In this document: one piece after another, positions 51,657 through 64,000 of the stretch
Layout of the letters: each line of letters begins with the position of its first letter
Numbering within the stretch: position 1 is the first letter of the stretch
From: Eledone cirrhosa
Taxonomy: Eukaryota
Direction of reading: 5' to 3'
DNA length: 64,000 nucleotides
Assembly (NCBI GenBank): GCA_964016885.1
Contig: OZ024747.1
Location: 2,108,001 to 2,172,000 of the forward strand
Position numbers and translations under genes: made by a program
The notes under the pieces: generated by a model
What the model was told of the DNA's origin: nothing
The model's database searches: none
Seen by the model: the letters and a program-made list of their open reading frames with translations, nothing else

Positions 51657-54120
51657 TGGTGTGGTGGTGGTGATGGCGGTGTTGTGGTGGTGGTGTGGTG
51701 GCGGTGTTGTGGTAGTGGTGTGTTGGTGGTGTTGTGGTAGTGGTGGTGTTGTTGTAGTAGTGGTGTGGTGGTGGTGTTGTGGTAGTGGTGTGGTGGCGGC
51801 GTTGTGGTAGTGGTGTGTTGGTGGTGTTGTGGTAGTGGTGGTGTTGTTGTAGTAGTGGTGTGGTGGTGGTGTTGTGGTAGTGGTGTGGTGGTGGTGTTGT
51901 GGTGGTGGTGTGGTGGCGGTGTTGTGGTAGTGGTGTGTTGGTGGTATTGTGGTAGTGGTGGTGTTGTTGTAGTAGTGGTGTGGTGGTGGTGTTGTGGTAG
52001 TGGTGTGGTGGCGGCATTGTGGTAGCGGTGTGGTAGTGGTGTTGTGGTAGTGGTGGTGTTGTTGTAGTAGTGATGTGGTGGTGGTGTTGTGGTGGTGGTG
52101 TGGTGGTGGTGTTGTGGTGGTGGTGTGGTGGCGGTGTTGTGGTGGTGGTGTGGTGGCGGCATTGTGGTAGTGGTGTGGTGGTGGTGTTGTGGTAGTGGTG
52201 GTGTTGTTGTAGTAGTGGTGTGGTGGTGGTGTTGTGGTAGTGGTGGTGTTGTTGTAGTAGTGATGTGGTGGTGGTGTTGTGGTGGTGGTGTGGTGGTGGT
52301 GTTGTGGTGGTGGTGTGGTGGCGGCGTTGTGGTAGTGGTGTGGTGGTGGTGTTGTGGTAGTGGTGGTGTTGTTGTAGTAGTGGTGTGGTGGTGGTGTTGT
52401 GGTAGTGGTGTGGTGGCGGCGTTGTGGTAGTGGTGTGTTGGTGGTGTTGTGGTAGTGGTGGTGTTGTTGTAGTAGTGGTGTGGTGGTGGTGTTGTGGTAG
52501 TGGTGGTGTTGTTGTAGTAGTGATGTGGTGGTGGTGTTGTGGTGGTGGTGTGGTGGTGGTGTTGTGGTGGTGGTGTGGTGGCGGCGTTGTGGTAGTGGTG
52601 TGGTGGTGGTGTTGTGGTAGTGGTGGTGTTGTTGTAGTAGTGGTGTGGTGGTGGTGTTGTGGTAGTGGTGTGGTGGTGGTGTTGTGGTGGTGGTGTGGTG
52701 GCGGCGTTGTGGTAGTGGTGTGGTGGTGGTGTTGTGGTAGTGGTGGTGTTGTTGTAGTAGTGGTGTGGTGGTGGTGTTGTGGTAGTGGTGTGGTGGCGGC
52801 GTTGTGGTAGTGGTGTGGTGGTGGTGTTGTGGTAGTGGTGGTGTTGTTGTAGTAGTGGTGTGGTGGTGGTGTTGTGGTAGTGGTGTGGTGGTGGTGTTGT
52901 GGTGGTGGTGTAGTGGCGGTGTTGTGGTAGTGGTGTGGTGGTGGTGTTGTGGTAGTGGTGGTGTTGTTGTAGTAGTGGTGTGGTGGTGGTGTTGTGGTAG
53001 TGGTGGTGTTGTTGTGGTAGTGGTGGTGTTGTTGTGGTGTGGTGGTGGTGTAGTGGTGGTGTGGTTGTGGTGGTGTGGTGGTGTGGTTGTGGTGGTGTGG
53101 TGGTAGTAGTGGTGTGGTGGTGGTAGTGGTGGTGTTGTTGTGGTGGTGTGGTGGTGGTGTTGTGGTTGTGTTGGTGTGGTGGTGTTGGTGTTGTTGTAGT
53201 GGTGATAGTGGTGGTGGTGTTGTTGTAGTTGTAGTGGTGGTGGTGGTGTTGTTGTGGTGGTGTTGTTGTTGTTGTTGAGGTAGTGATGGTAGTGGTGGTA
53301 GTAGTGATGTGGTGGAGGTCTTGTGGTAGTGGTGTGGTGGCAGTGTTGTGGTACTGGTGGTGTGGTGGTGGTGGTAGTAGTGGTGGTGTGGTGGTGGTGT
53401 GGTGGTGTAGTGGTGGTGTGGTGGTGGTGTAGTTGTGGTGGTGGTGTAGTGGTGGGGTGGGGGTGTGGTGGGGGTGTGGTGGTAGTGGTGTTGTGGTAGT
53501 AGTGGTGTCGTGGTGGTGGTGTGGTGGTGGTGCTGTAGTTGTGCCATGTGGTGGTGGTGGTGTTGTGGTGGTGTTGTGGTGGTGTTGTGGTGGTGGTTTG
53601 TGGTGGTGTTGTGGTGGTGGTGTTGTGGTGGTGGTGTTGTGGTGGTGGTGTTGTGGTGGTGTTGTGGTGGTGGTGGTGTTGTGGTGGTGTGGTGGTGTTG
53701 TGGTGGTGGTGTTGTGGTGGTGTTGTGGTGGTGTTGTGGTGGTGGTGCTGTGGTGGTGTTGTGGTGGTGGTGTTGTGGTGGTGTTGTGGTGGTGGTGCTG
53801 TGGTGGTGGTGTTGTGGTGGTGTTGTGGTGGTGGTGGTGTTGTGGTGTTGTGGTGGTGTTGTGGTGGTGTTGTGGTGGTGTGGTGGTGTTGTGGTGGTGT
53901 TGTGGTGGTGGTGCTGTGGTGGTGTTGTGGTGGTGGTGTTGTGGTGGTGTTGTGGTGGTGGAGCTGTGGTGGTGCTGTGGTGGTGTTGTGGTGGTGGTGT
54001 TGTGGTGGTGTTGTGGTGGTGGTGCTGTGGTGGTGTTGTGGTGGTGTTGTGGTGGTGGTGTTGTGGTGGTGGTGGTGTTGTGGTGGTGGTGGTGTTGTGG
54101 TGGTGGTGCTGTGGTGGTAG
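51657..54120. repeat. 2.5-kb GT-rich cryptic satellite (GTG/GTT/GTA) with higher-order blocks
   Basis: Direct reading; 52561-52680 is nearly identical to 52681-52800. Confidence 0.95.
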
Positions 54121-54208
54121 ATGGAGAAATATGTTTCCTGTTTATTTAGAAAGAAAATATTTTCCCATCTTTTTTTATTGTTGTTGTTGTTGCTAATGAT
54201 GTTGTTCT

Positions 54209-54236
54209 TACTACTACTACTACTACTACTATCACC

Positions 54237-54296
<60 letters not shown>

Positions 54297-54382
54297 GCTA
54301 CTACTACTACTACTACTACCACCACTACTACTACTACTATCACCATACCACCACTACTACTACTACTATCACCACCACCACA

Positions 54383-54425
<43 letters not shown>
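54209..54425. repeat. (CTA/CCA)n trinucleotide tract
   Basis: Direct reading. Confidence 0.92.
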
Positions 54426-54433
54426 GTTTTATA

Positions 54434-54716
54434 CAGGGTTAGATTTAGACTTTGGGGGGCTGGGGTCACTTCAGGTTCAGAGAGCCCCTCATACACAATA
54501 AGTTTACAATACACAGCCCTCCCCCCTTATCACAAGTAATTGGAATTGAAAAGTTAAACATACAGGTATTAAATTTAAAATCTCTAACCATCCTAAAACT
54601 AAAAATCCCAGCCGAGCTCACAAATAAATTGCTCTGGCTGTCACTGGTGAGGCCCTCATTGCAGGAGACCCAGGGAAATTGCCCCCCCCCCCCCCGCCAT
54701 ATTAAATTTGGCCCTA
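54434..54716 (-). mobile_element. hAT-type MITE (inverted sister of 23687-23993)
   Basis: Shared body; termini CAGGGTTAGATTTA / TAAATTTGGCCCTA; degenerate 8-bp TSD GTTTTATA / GTCCTATA. Confidence 0.8.
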
Positions 54717-55072
54717 GTCCTATAGTCAAACATATTACAGTTAGATATTACAGACTATATTATTCTATATGTCATTTTAAGTTGGTAGATTGTATGTTTA
54801 GAAAGATGTTGCTGCTATTTCTAGCAGATATGTATGACCATGTAGAGGCCTTTTGAATTAGTTCACATATTAAATCATGAGGATGATAGTAGTTTATCCA
54901 ATGTATGTATATGTATGTGCAGGTCTGTGTGTAGCTTTATACGTGTTTGTGTGTGTGTGTTTGTGTGTGTGTGTGTGAGCAGGTGTATATGTTTCTATAT
55001 CCATGTTTTTTCCTACTAAATCAAGCATTAAACTAATATATAACTTCATTGTACAGTATTGCTTACTTTTTG

Positions 55073-58000
55073 CATACAGTTAGGTCTATTACCAACCTCT
55101 CTAGTGATGGTGTCATACAGTTGGGTCTATTACCAACCTCTCTAGTGATGGTGTCATACAGTTGGGTCTATTACCAACCTCTCTAGTGATGGTGTCATAC
55201 AGTTGGGTCTATTACCAACCTCTCTAGTGTTAGTATCATACAGTTAGGTTTATTACCAACCTCTCTAGTGATGGTGTCATACAGTTAGGTCTATTACCAA
55301 CCTCTCTAGTGATAGTGTCATACAGTTAGGTCTATAACCAACCTCTCTAGTGATGGTGTCATACAGTTAGGTCTATAACCAACCTCTCTAGTGATGGTGT
55401 CATACAGTTAGGTTTATTACCAACCTCTCTAGTGATGGTGTCATACAGTTAGGTCTATTACCAACCTCTCTAGTGATAGTGTCATACAGTTAGGTCTATT
55501 ACCAACCTCTCTAGTGATGGAGTCATACAGTTAGGTCTATTACCAACCTCTCTAGTGATGGTGTCATACAGTTAGGTCTATTACCAACCTCTCTAGTGAT
55601 AGTGTCATACAGTTGGGTCTATTACCAACCTCTCTAGTGATAGTGTCATACAGTTAGGTCTATTAGCAACCTCTCTAGTGATGGTGTCATACAGTTAGGT
55701 CTATTACCAACCTCTCTAGTGATAGTGTCATACAGTTAGGTCTATTACCAACCTCTCTAGTGATGGAGTCATACAGTTGGGTCTATTACCAACCTCTCTA
55801 GTGATGGTGTCATACAGTTGGGTCTATTACCAACCTCTCTAGTGATAGTGTCATACAGTTAGGTCTATTACCAACCTCTCTAGTGATGGAGTCATACAGT
55901 TAGGTCTATTACCAACCTCTCTAGTGATAGTGTCATACAGTTGGGTCTATTACCAACCTCTCTAGTGATAGTGTCATACAGTTAGGTCTATTACCAACCT
56001 CTCTAGTGATGGAGTCATACAGTTAGGTTTATTACCAACCTCTCTAGTGATGGTGTCATACAGTTAGGTCTATTACCAACCTCTCTAGTGATGGAGTCAT
56101 ACAGTTGGGTCTATTACCAACCTCTCTAGTGATAGTGTCATACAGTTAGGTCTATTACCAACCTCTCTAGTGATAGTGTCATACAGTTGGGTCTATTACC
56201 AACCTCTCTAGTGATGGTGTCATACAGTTAGGTCTATTACCAACCTCTCTAGTGATGGAGTCATACAGTTGGGTCTATTACCAACCTCTCTAGTGATGGT
56301 GTCATACAGTTAGGTTTATTACCAACCTCTCTAGTGATGGAGTTATACAGTTAGGTCTATTACCAACCTCTCTAGTGATGGTGTCATACAGTTGGGTCTA
56401 TTACCAACCTCTCTAGTGATGGAGTCATACAGTTAGGTCTATTACCAACCTCTCTAGTGATGGTGTCATACAGTTAGGTTTATTACCAACCTCTCTAGTG
56501 ATGGTGTCATACAGTTAGGTCTATTACCAACCTCTCTAGTGATGGTGTCATACAGTTGGGTCTATTACCAACCTCTCTAGTGATGGTGTCATACAGTTAG
56601 GTCTATTACCAACCTCTCTAGTGATGGTGTCATACAGTTAGGTCTATTACCAACCTCTCTAGTGATGGTGTCATACAGTTAGGTCTATTACCAACCTCTC
56701 TAGTGATGGAGTCATACAGTTGGGTCTATTACCAACCTCTCTAGTGATGGTGTCATACAGTTAGGTCTATTACCAACCTCTCTAGTGATGGTGTCATACA
56801 GTTGGGTCTATTACCAACCTCTCTAGTGATAGTGTCATACAGTTGGGTCTATTACCAACCTCTCTAGTGATGGAGTCATACAGTTAGGTCTATTACCAAC
56901 CTCTCTAGTGTTAGTATCATACAGTTAGGTCTATTACCAACCTCTCTAGTGATAGTGTCATACAGTTAGGTCTATTACCAACCTCTCTAGTGATGGAGTC
57001 ATACAGTTGGGTCTATTACCAACCTCTCTAGTGATGGTGTCATACAGTTAGGTTTATTACCAACCTCTCTAGTGATGGAGTTATACAGTTAGGTCTATTA
57101 CCAACCTCTCTAGTGATGGTGTCATACAGTTGGGTCTATTACCAACCTCTCTAGTGATAGTGTCATACAGTTGGGTCTATTACCAACCTCTCTAGTGATG
57201 GAGTCATACAGTTAGGTCTATTACCAACCTCTCTAGTGTTAGTATCATACAGTTAGGTCTATTACCAACCTCTCTAGTGATAGTGTCATACAGTTAGGTC
57301 TATTACCAACCTCTCTAGTGATGGAGTCATACAGTTAGGTCTATTACCAACCTCTCTAGTGTTAGTATCATACAGTTAGGTCTATTACCAACCTCTCTAG
57401 TGATAGTGTCATACAGTTAGGTCTATTACCAACCTCTCTAGTGATGGAGTCATACAGTTAGGTCTATTACCAACCTCTCTAGTGATGGTGACATACAGTT
57501 GGGTCTATTACCAACCTCTCTAGTGTTAGTATCATACAGTTAGGTCTATTACCAACCTCTCTAGTGATAGTATCATACAGTTAGGTCTATTACCAACCTC
57601 TCTAGTGATGGAGTCATACAGTTGGGTCTATTACCAACCTCTCTAGTGATGGAGTCATACAGTTGGGTCTATTACCAACCTCTCTAGTGATGGTGTCATA
57701 CAGTCAGGTCTATTACCAACCTCTCTAGTGATGGTGTCATACAGTTAGGTCTATTACCAACCTCTCTAGTGATGGTGTCATACAGTCAGGTCTATTACCA
57801 ACCTCTCTAGTGATGGTGTCATACAGTTGGGTCTATTACCAACCTCTCTAGTGATGGTGTCATACAGTTAGGTCTATTACCAACCTCTCTAGTGATGGAG
57901 TCATACAGTTGGGTCTATTACCAACCTCTCTAGTGATGGTGTCATACAGTTGGGTCTATTACCAACCTCTCTAGTGATGGTGTCATACAGTTAGGTCTAT

Positions 58001-58191
58001 TACCAACCTCTCTAGTGATGGTGTCATACAGTTAGGTCTATTACCAACCTCTCTATTGATGGTGTCATACAGTTGGGTCTATTACCAACCTCTCTAGTGA
58101 TGGTGTCATACAGTTAGGTCTATTACCAACCTCTCTAGTGATGGTGTCATACAGTTAGGTCTATTACCAACCTCTCTAGTGATGGTGTCAT
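55073..58191. repeat. Minisatellite, 41-bp unit CATACAGTTAGGTCTATTACCAACCTCTCTAGTGATGGTGT x76
   Basis: CAT at 55073 and 58189 are 76 x 41 bp apart; runs into a family C SINE body. Confidence 0.98.
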
Positions 58192-58265
58192 CAAAATTCC
58201 CACAGTACACTCCATAAGGGTGGTTTGTGACAGGAAGGGCACCCTGCTGTAGAAACCTTGCTTAA

Positions 58266-59240
58266 CCCTTTAGCATTTACTCTACTATTATATTTTTGTG
58301 GTAAAGGCTTTATCTCACATAATATCTCACATAATATCTCACATAATATTGAATCTAACAGATTTTGATGATGTTATTATTTATTTTGAGAACAGTATCT
58401 TAACATTGGTATAAGTGGCTAGTTATGGCAGGCTTGAAGAGAAAGAGGTGAGAGAATTCTGGCTAGTTATGGCTGGTTTGAACAGAAAGAGGTGAGAGAA
58501 TTCTGGCTAGTTATGGCTGGTTTGAACAGAAAGAGGTGAGAGAATTCTGGCTAGTTATGGCAGGCTTGAACAGAAAGAGGTGAGAGAATTCTGGCTAGTT
58601 ATGGCAGGTTTGAACAGAAAGAGGTGAGAGAATTCTGGCTAGTTATGGCCGGTTTGAACAGAAAGAGGTGTGAGAATTCTGGCTAGTTATGGCAGGCTTG
58701 AACAGAAAGAGGTGAGAGAATTCTGGCTAGTTATGGCTGGTTTGAACAGAAAGAGGTGAGAGAATTCTGGCTAGTTATGGCCGGTTTGAACAGAAAGAGG
58801 TGAGAGAATTCTGGCTAGTTATGGCAGGCTTGAACAGAAAGAGGTGTGAGAATTCTGGCTAGTTATGGCTTGTTTGAACAGAAAGAGGTGAGAGAATTCT
58901 GGCTAGTTATGGCTTGTTTGAACAGAAAGAGGTGAGAGAATTCTGGCTAGTTATGGCCGGTTTGAAAAGAAAGAGGTGAGAGAATTCTGGCTAGTTATGG
59001 CCGGTTTGAACAGAAAGAGGTGAGAGAATTCTGGCTAGTTATGGCAGGCTTGAACAGAAAGAGGTGTGAGAATTCTGGCTAGTTATGGCTTGTTTGAACA
59101 GAAAGAGGTGAGAGAATTCTGGCTAGTTATGGCCGGTTTGAACAGAAAGAGGTGTGAGAATTCTGGCTAGTTATGGCCGGTTTGAAAAGAAAGAGGTGAG
59201 AGAATTCTGGCTAGTTATGGCTGGTTTAAATACTAAAGAG
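58266..59240 (+). mobile_element. piggyBac-type MITE inflated by an internal 44-bp x18 tandem array (58416-59228)
   Basis: Same ends and body as the ~210-bp copies at 35536 and 47643; unit TGGCTAGTTATGGCTGGTTTGAACAGAAAGAGGTGAGAGAATTC. Confidence 0.9.
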
Positions 59241-59244
59241 TTGG

Positions 59245-59718
59245 GAGGACTCTTTAGTTATGTCAAAGGCAGTACAACCTCTCTAGTGTTGGTGACCACC
59301 ATGATAAACACACAAGTACATGCTATAAAGTGGTTGGAGATTGGAAGGGCATCCAGCCATAGAAAGCTTGCTAAACAAAGTGTTGGGAGGACCCTTCTGT
59401 TTGTGTCAAGGACACAACAACCTACCTAGTGCTGTTGATCTACACAATAAAAGCTGCCAGTGTATGCTGTGAGGTGGTTGGTGTTAAGAAGGGCATCTAG
59501 CCATAAAAAGGTTGCCAAACAAGGGGTTAGGAGGACCCTTCAGTTTATGTCAAAAGATACAATTTCTTCTCTGCACTCGGTATGACCATACATAAGCAGG
59601 ATCAGACCCTGTTGGCCTGAGAGATCAGTAGTCCCGCTTCAGTACAGACTTGGTCTATGTAGACCCATCCAACCCTTACTAGCAGGGAAAGCAGACGTTA
59701 AATGATGATAATGATAAT
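59245..59718 (+). mobile_element. SINE family C with tandemly duplicated body and GAT tail
   Basis: Two GTGGTTGG..GAAGGGCATC(C/T)AGCCATA units about 145 bp apart; tail CCAACCCTTACTAGCAGGGAAAGCAGACGTTAAATGATGA. Confidence 0.7.
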
Positions 59719-60299
59719 AGTTATTGATATGTGTGGATGCGACTTAAGGTTGTTTCCATAAGTTTATTTAGAGTTTTACCAAGTTATCCTGGATGAAAAA
59801 CAATTTTTCTGTCAGATTATTTTACAAAGAATGAGGTCAATAATGCCAGGGCAACCTTCCCAATATTTAGGATAAGAGTAATATAGTTATATTGATATAA
59901 ACACTTGAAGACTTACATAACAAGAGACACAATTTCATGTCCAGAAAGTCTAATATTTATAACATAATAACAATACATACACACACACACTTTGACACTA
60001 ATACACATACACATATACACACACACATACACATATTTTGACACTAGTACACATGCTCACACCCCTATGCACACTTTAACCCTAACACATTCATACACAC
60101 ACATACACATCCACAAACACACACATATACACTAACACACACACACATGCACGCACTTTGACATTAACCCACACACACACATACAACACTCACATTCACA
60201 CTTTGACACTAAAGCACAGACACAAACATCTGTCACCAATGTAGCATCCAATATCCAATGTTTGGATATGCTGAAATAAAGCCTGAAGCAGATCAATGT

Positions 60300-60930
60300 T
60301 TTCAAAAGGATTGTATCTCTTTGTCCAAAGAACTTATCTAAAATTGGGTACAGAGAAGTGATTTAGCTTTGTCTCAAGGGATAGAGGTCTTTAATATGCC
60401 TTCCAAAAATGAATTTAAAGAGGTACTGTCTGACGACTGGACTAACATTTGAAGCATATCAAAGGGCAAATCCTATGACACTATCTGCCTGACTTTCGGT
60501 AGCAAGGGAGAAGTGAAAAGATAATAAAAATAGTGTGTGAAGCACTTAAGTTTGTACTCCAGTTCTTGGGAAGATGTAACACTAAAATCAAAGTTGGAAC
60601 TATATCTATTGACTTTGATCCCTGGGTCATAGTTACATTTTAAAGCAATATAGACATGTAGTAAGTGGCAAAGTAATGAGGAATTTTATGTAGTTGGGAG
60701 AGATCCATGTGAATTTGCACGTACACACGACCCACAAGGCTGTCCCAGAACTGTGTCCCTTCATAGGTACAGAGCCAAAAGCAATAAAACTGATGGTGCA
60801 GAGAAGAAAGCCCAGTTGTTACACTTGTGACAGTAAAAACTACTTGATGGCTTTCTGGCCTCCTGAGGGTCTGAAAACAAGATCAAGTAATGAGGAAGTT
60901 GTTGAGGTAACTGTTCCTGTAGAATAATCA
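60300..60930 (+). mobile_element. Decayed LINE ORF1 (L1/Tx1-like) with zinc-knuckle remnant
   Basis: FLGRCNTKIKVGTI..DPWVIVTF and RRKPSCYTCDSKNYLMAFWP (decayed CX2CX4HX4C). Confidence 0.5.
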
Positions 60931-61677
60931 GTGTTGCCATCAGTTCCATTTCTGAAGGTGACAGGAAACTTTACTTTCTCCTTGGATCCTTAAGAAGACG
61001 GTGCCATAGTAATTCCTTCTAATTCTGAGATAGTAAAGAAAGCTATATATCATGCTCAGTTTCAGAGGTGAAAGATGTTGAAATTCCTCCTCCTAAGAAT
61101 ACCTTCCCATTCATTGGTGATGTGGTGTTGATGATGATGAAATGGAGGTTAGGAAGGCCACCAGACTGTTGTAACAGGAGTAGAAAAGAAGCGAAAAATA
61201 AAAATACAAATATCTATGAGAAATCTTCATAAAATGAAATTAAACCACGTTTCCTTAAAATCATGCTCGCCAAAAGCAACAACACTTGGTCACTTCACAA
61301 ATTGCATGAATTGGAGGAGGAAACAAAATATAATATACCAATAGACTTAGAAATAAAGAATTGCTACTGAGAACTCCGAGATAATAGACTCTTATTTCTA
61401 GTATCCACATGGAATTCATGAATGGAGCCAGGAGCTTGGTGGTATTAAACAAGGTGATAGATTAAGTCTACGGCTCAAATAGACCACAATACTATTTGAG
61501 CCAAGCAAATATCACAAGGTATCTCATTGACAACTTTTATCAATCTATTCCTCTCGACTGGGACTTTATTTTATCAATCTTAAATGGATAAAATACAAAT
61601 TGACCAAACTGGAACAAATATCAACCACAAGGCATTAATGTTATAACAACTCTACTAGTTCCCCATTATTATTGTAA

Positions 61678-62102
61678 TTGGCAGTATCAGTAGAGGGTCG
61701 GACGCCATGCTTTGCAGCATAGAGTTACGGCCCTTGCCATTCTGAGTTCAAATCCCGCCGAGGTTCACTTTGCCTTTCATCCTTACGGGGTCGATAAAAT
61801 AAAGTACCAGTAATGCACTGGGATAATTGCTGGCCTTGTGCCAAAAAGTAGAAACAATTAATATTGTAAATAAACTCTATAAGGGCAGTGGATTGGCAGA
61901 GCATCGGACAGCAAGCTTTGTGATATATAATTATGGATCTTTGTGTTCTGATTTCAAATCCTACTGAGGTTAGCTTTGCCTTTCATTCTTATGGTTGGGT
62001 GGGGGTAATAGAATAAAGTACCAGTAACACACTGGTGTCGATACAATAGAATTTCCCCTCCCACCAAATTGTTGGCCTTGTGCCTAAATTAGAAACCATT
62101 AT
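61678..62102 (+). mobile_element. Two adjacent family A SINEs (61678-61862 and 61888-62102)
   Basis: Each has head, TTCAAATCC box, family body and AGAAAC(A/C)ATTA end. Confidence 0.85.
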
Positions 62103-63034
62103 AAATAAACTCTGACTAGAATTTCATTCTGTTAAACATTACCATTCTATGTAGTTCTACTAAAGTTGTGTTAATATGAGAGGAAAGCTGTAAATTGCGG
62201 TTATATTTAAAATAAATATTTTGAAAAAATTCCTAGCAATACCAACTCTCTTCTAATTATACATTATTTATCATCAAAGTTAGCAAGTTAGTACATTCTC
62301 TTTCATGCATATTACTATTAAAATTCCTTTTTAATATTTTGCTTTTTTACATTAAAGTGTGTAATTTTATATTCTATAAACAGCCAACAAAAAAGAGAAT
62401 ATCTTTTATTTATATATACTGTTTGGGAATATACTTCAATTTAATGGTGTATGAAAGTGTTGATTATGTATGTGTATGTTTATATATTTCATCGTCATCA
62501 TCGTTTTATGTTTATGTTCCACACCATTATGGTTTAGACAGGGAGAGACTAAACAGGTCATATGAACATATCTTTGCTTATAAGTTCCAGTCTGGCATCG
62601 ATTCTATGGCTAGTTACCTTTCCTAAAACCATCGATATTACAGAGTCTACTGGGTGCATTTTATCATGGGCAAAGGAGAGAATTTTAACAACTGATTTGC
62701 AATAGAATTAGTTTAGATGAGATGCAGTGAGATTTTGTTCTAGGGTGGAGTACAACTGGTGGACTCATTTTGGTCAGATTACTGCAAGGAAAGTCTTTAG
62801 CTAAGAGTAAACCACTATATCAAGCCTTCATTGATTTGGAGAAGGTCCTTGACAAAATACTTCTACCTGGTCAAAAGTGGTGAGAGTGGATCTCAATATG
62901 GTGAACCTCACATAGGAGTGACACAGTAACACAATGAGTGGAAGGAAACTGCATTAGAAAAGACCTGTCCAAGCAATCATGAAAAAAACAGATGTAAAAT
63001 GGACGATGATGAAAATAATGATGGAGAGAAATTA

Positions 63035-63395
63035 ATTAAACATGCTCTATTGGATATGTAATGTTAATGTGCAGGAACAATGAAGCATAAATGAACTAAG
63101 AGAAAAACTAAACATAAGAGGAATTGGATGTTGCATGCAGAAAAGAAGATTGTACTGGCTCAGAGATGTATTGTATATGAATGATGATGACTGGGTGAAG
63201 AAGTGTCTAGAGTTCCAAGTGGAAAGAAGGCATGGTAGAAGAAGACCAAGAAAAACATGGCCAGAGGTAATAAAATCCAATTTCAAGTTTGTACACTTCA
63301 CAAAGGAGATGACAGTAGAGAGATTTTGTACTGAAGAAAGGTTGTCAAACTCACACAAACATTGAAATATGGATGTAAAAACAATGATGATAGTG
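63035..63395 (+). mobile_element. Decayed RTE LINE 3' end
   Basis: ELREKLNIRGIGCCMQKRRLYWLRDVLYMNDDDWVKKCLEFQVERRHGRRRPRKTWPEVI; upstream remnant AFIDLEKVLDKI near 62820. Confidence 0.85.
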
Positions 63396-64000
63396 AACAT
63401 TTTGAGGAAAAGATGGCAGTGAATTTGAAGTTTTGCAGAATTCCTCTTCTGACTGTGATTAACAGGTCTTTTGTAGGGGATTATGGCTTCTTTATTAGTT
63501 ATTGGTGAACAGAGTTAGTATTTACATGGAGGTGAGAGACTGATTAGTTGTGTTATTTGTAACGCTATAGCAGTGAAAATGGGTGTATATGTGTGTACTA
63601 TGGATCTTGTTTTGAAAGTCTGTTTGAATAAAAAATGAGTGTAGTTTTGTGGATTTAGGATTGGTTAAAATTTTATGTACATTGGACCTTAACTTAAGAA
63701 AAGCTAGGGAATGTTTTTATCAAAGTAGTTTTGTATTTTTCATAAAATTAGTCAAGTGGAAATAAGAATTTGGAATTCTATTCTTTACATTGAGAACTTA
63801 AGTTTATTTATGGAATATAGATTTGTGAGGAGTGGTAAATTAAAATAGCTATGAATAATAGGTTACTATATACACACACTCTTACTAACAGAGAAAACCT
63901 ATGGTGATGATGATGACATACATGCATAGAATATATACATATGTATGTATGTCATTGTTCATCATCATCGTGTTTGTGTTTCCTGGCATGGATTAGAACA

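Noticed and set aside
51634-54196. His/Thr/Pro-rich mucin-like and Trp/Cys/Val-rich ORFs
   Set aside because: Low-complexity GT satellite with frame-cycling peptides.

Overview
AT-rich, repeat-dominated eukaryotic DNA with no confidently identifiable host protein-coding gene. The repeat repertoire is long (TA)n/(CA)n/(GAT)n/(AAT)n/(GGT)n microsatellites, tRNA-derived SINEs, decayed RTE, CR1, CRE-like, L1/Tx1-like and Penelope-like retroelements, and hAT- and piggyBac-type MITEs. This suggests an animal genome, most likely a coleoid cephalopod such as Octopus (inference). Seven homogeneous minisatellite arrays (19, 31, 61, 54, 35, 41 and 44 bp units) account for most long ORFs, and at least three arose inside recognisable transposons. 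The most notable signals are four. (1) Type I hammerhead ribozyme motifs from at least five unrelated sequence families lie in (TA)n-flanked, often fold-back elements, including a 338-bp palindrome with a hammerhead on each strand. (2) A 4.3-kb array at 29.1-33.5 kb has ten copies of a 27-bp hairpin motif alternating with unrelated retroelement fragments, all on the minus strand. (3) A TIR-bounded element, present twice, carries two convergent tRNA-like Pol III units. (4) There are a few weak exon/promoter candidates. All family assignments are by eye and from memory; no searches were run.
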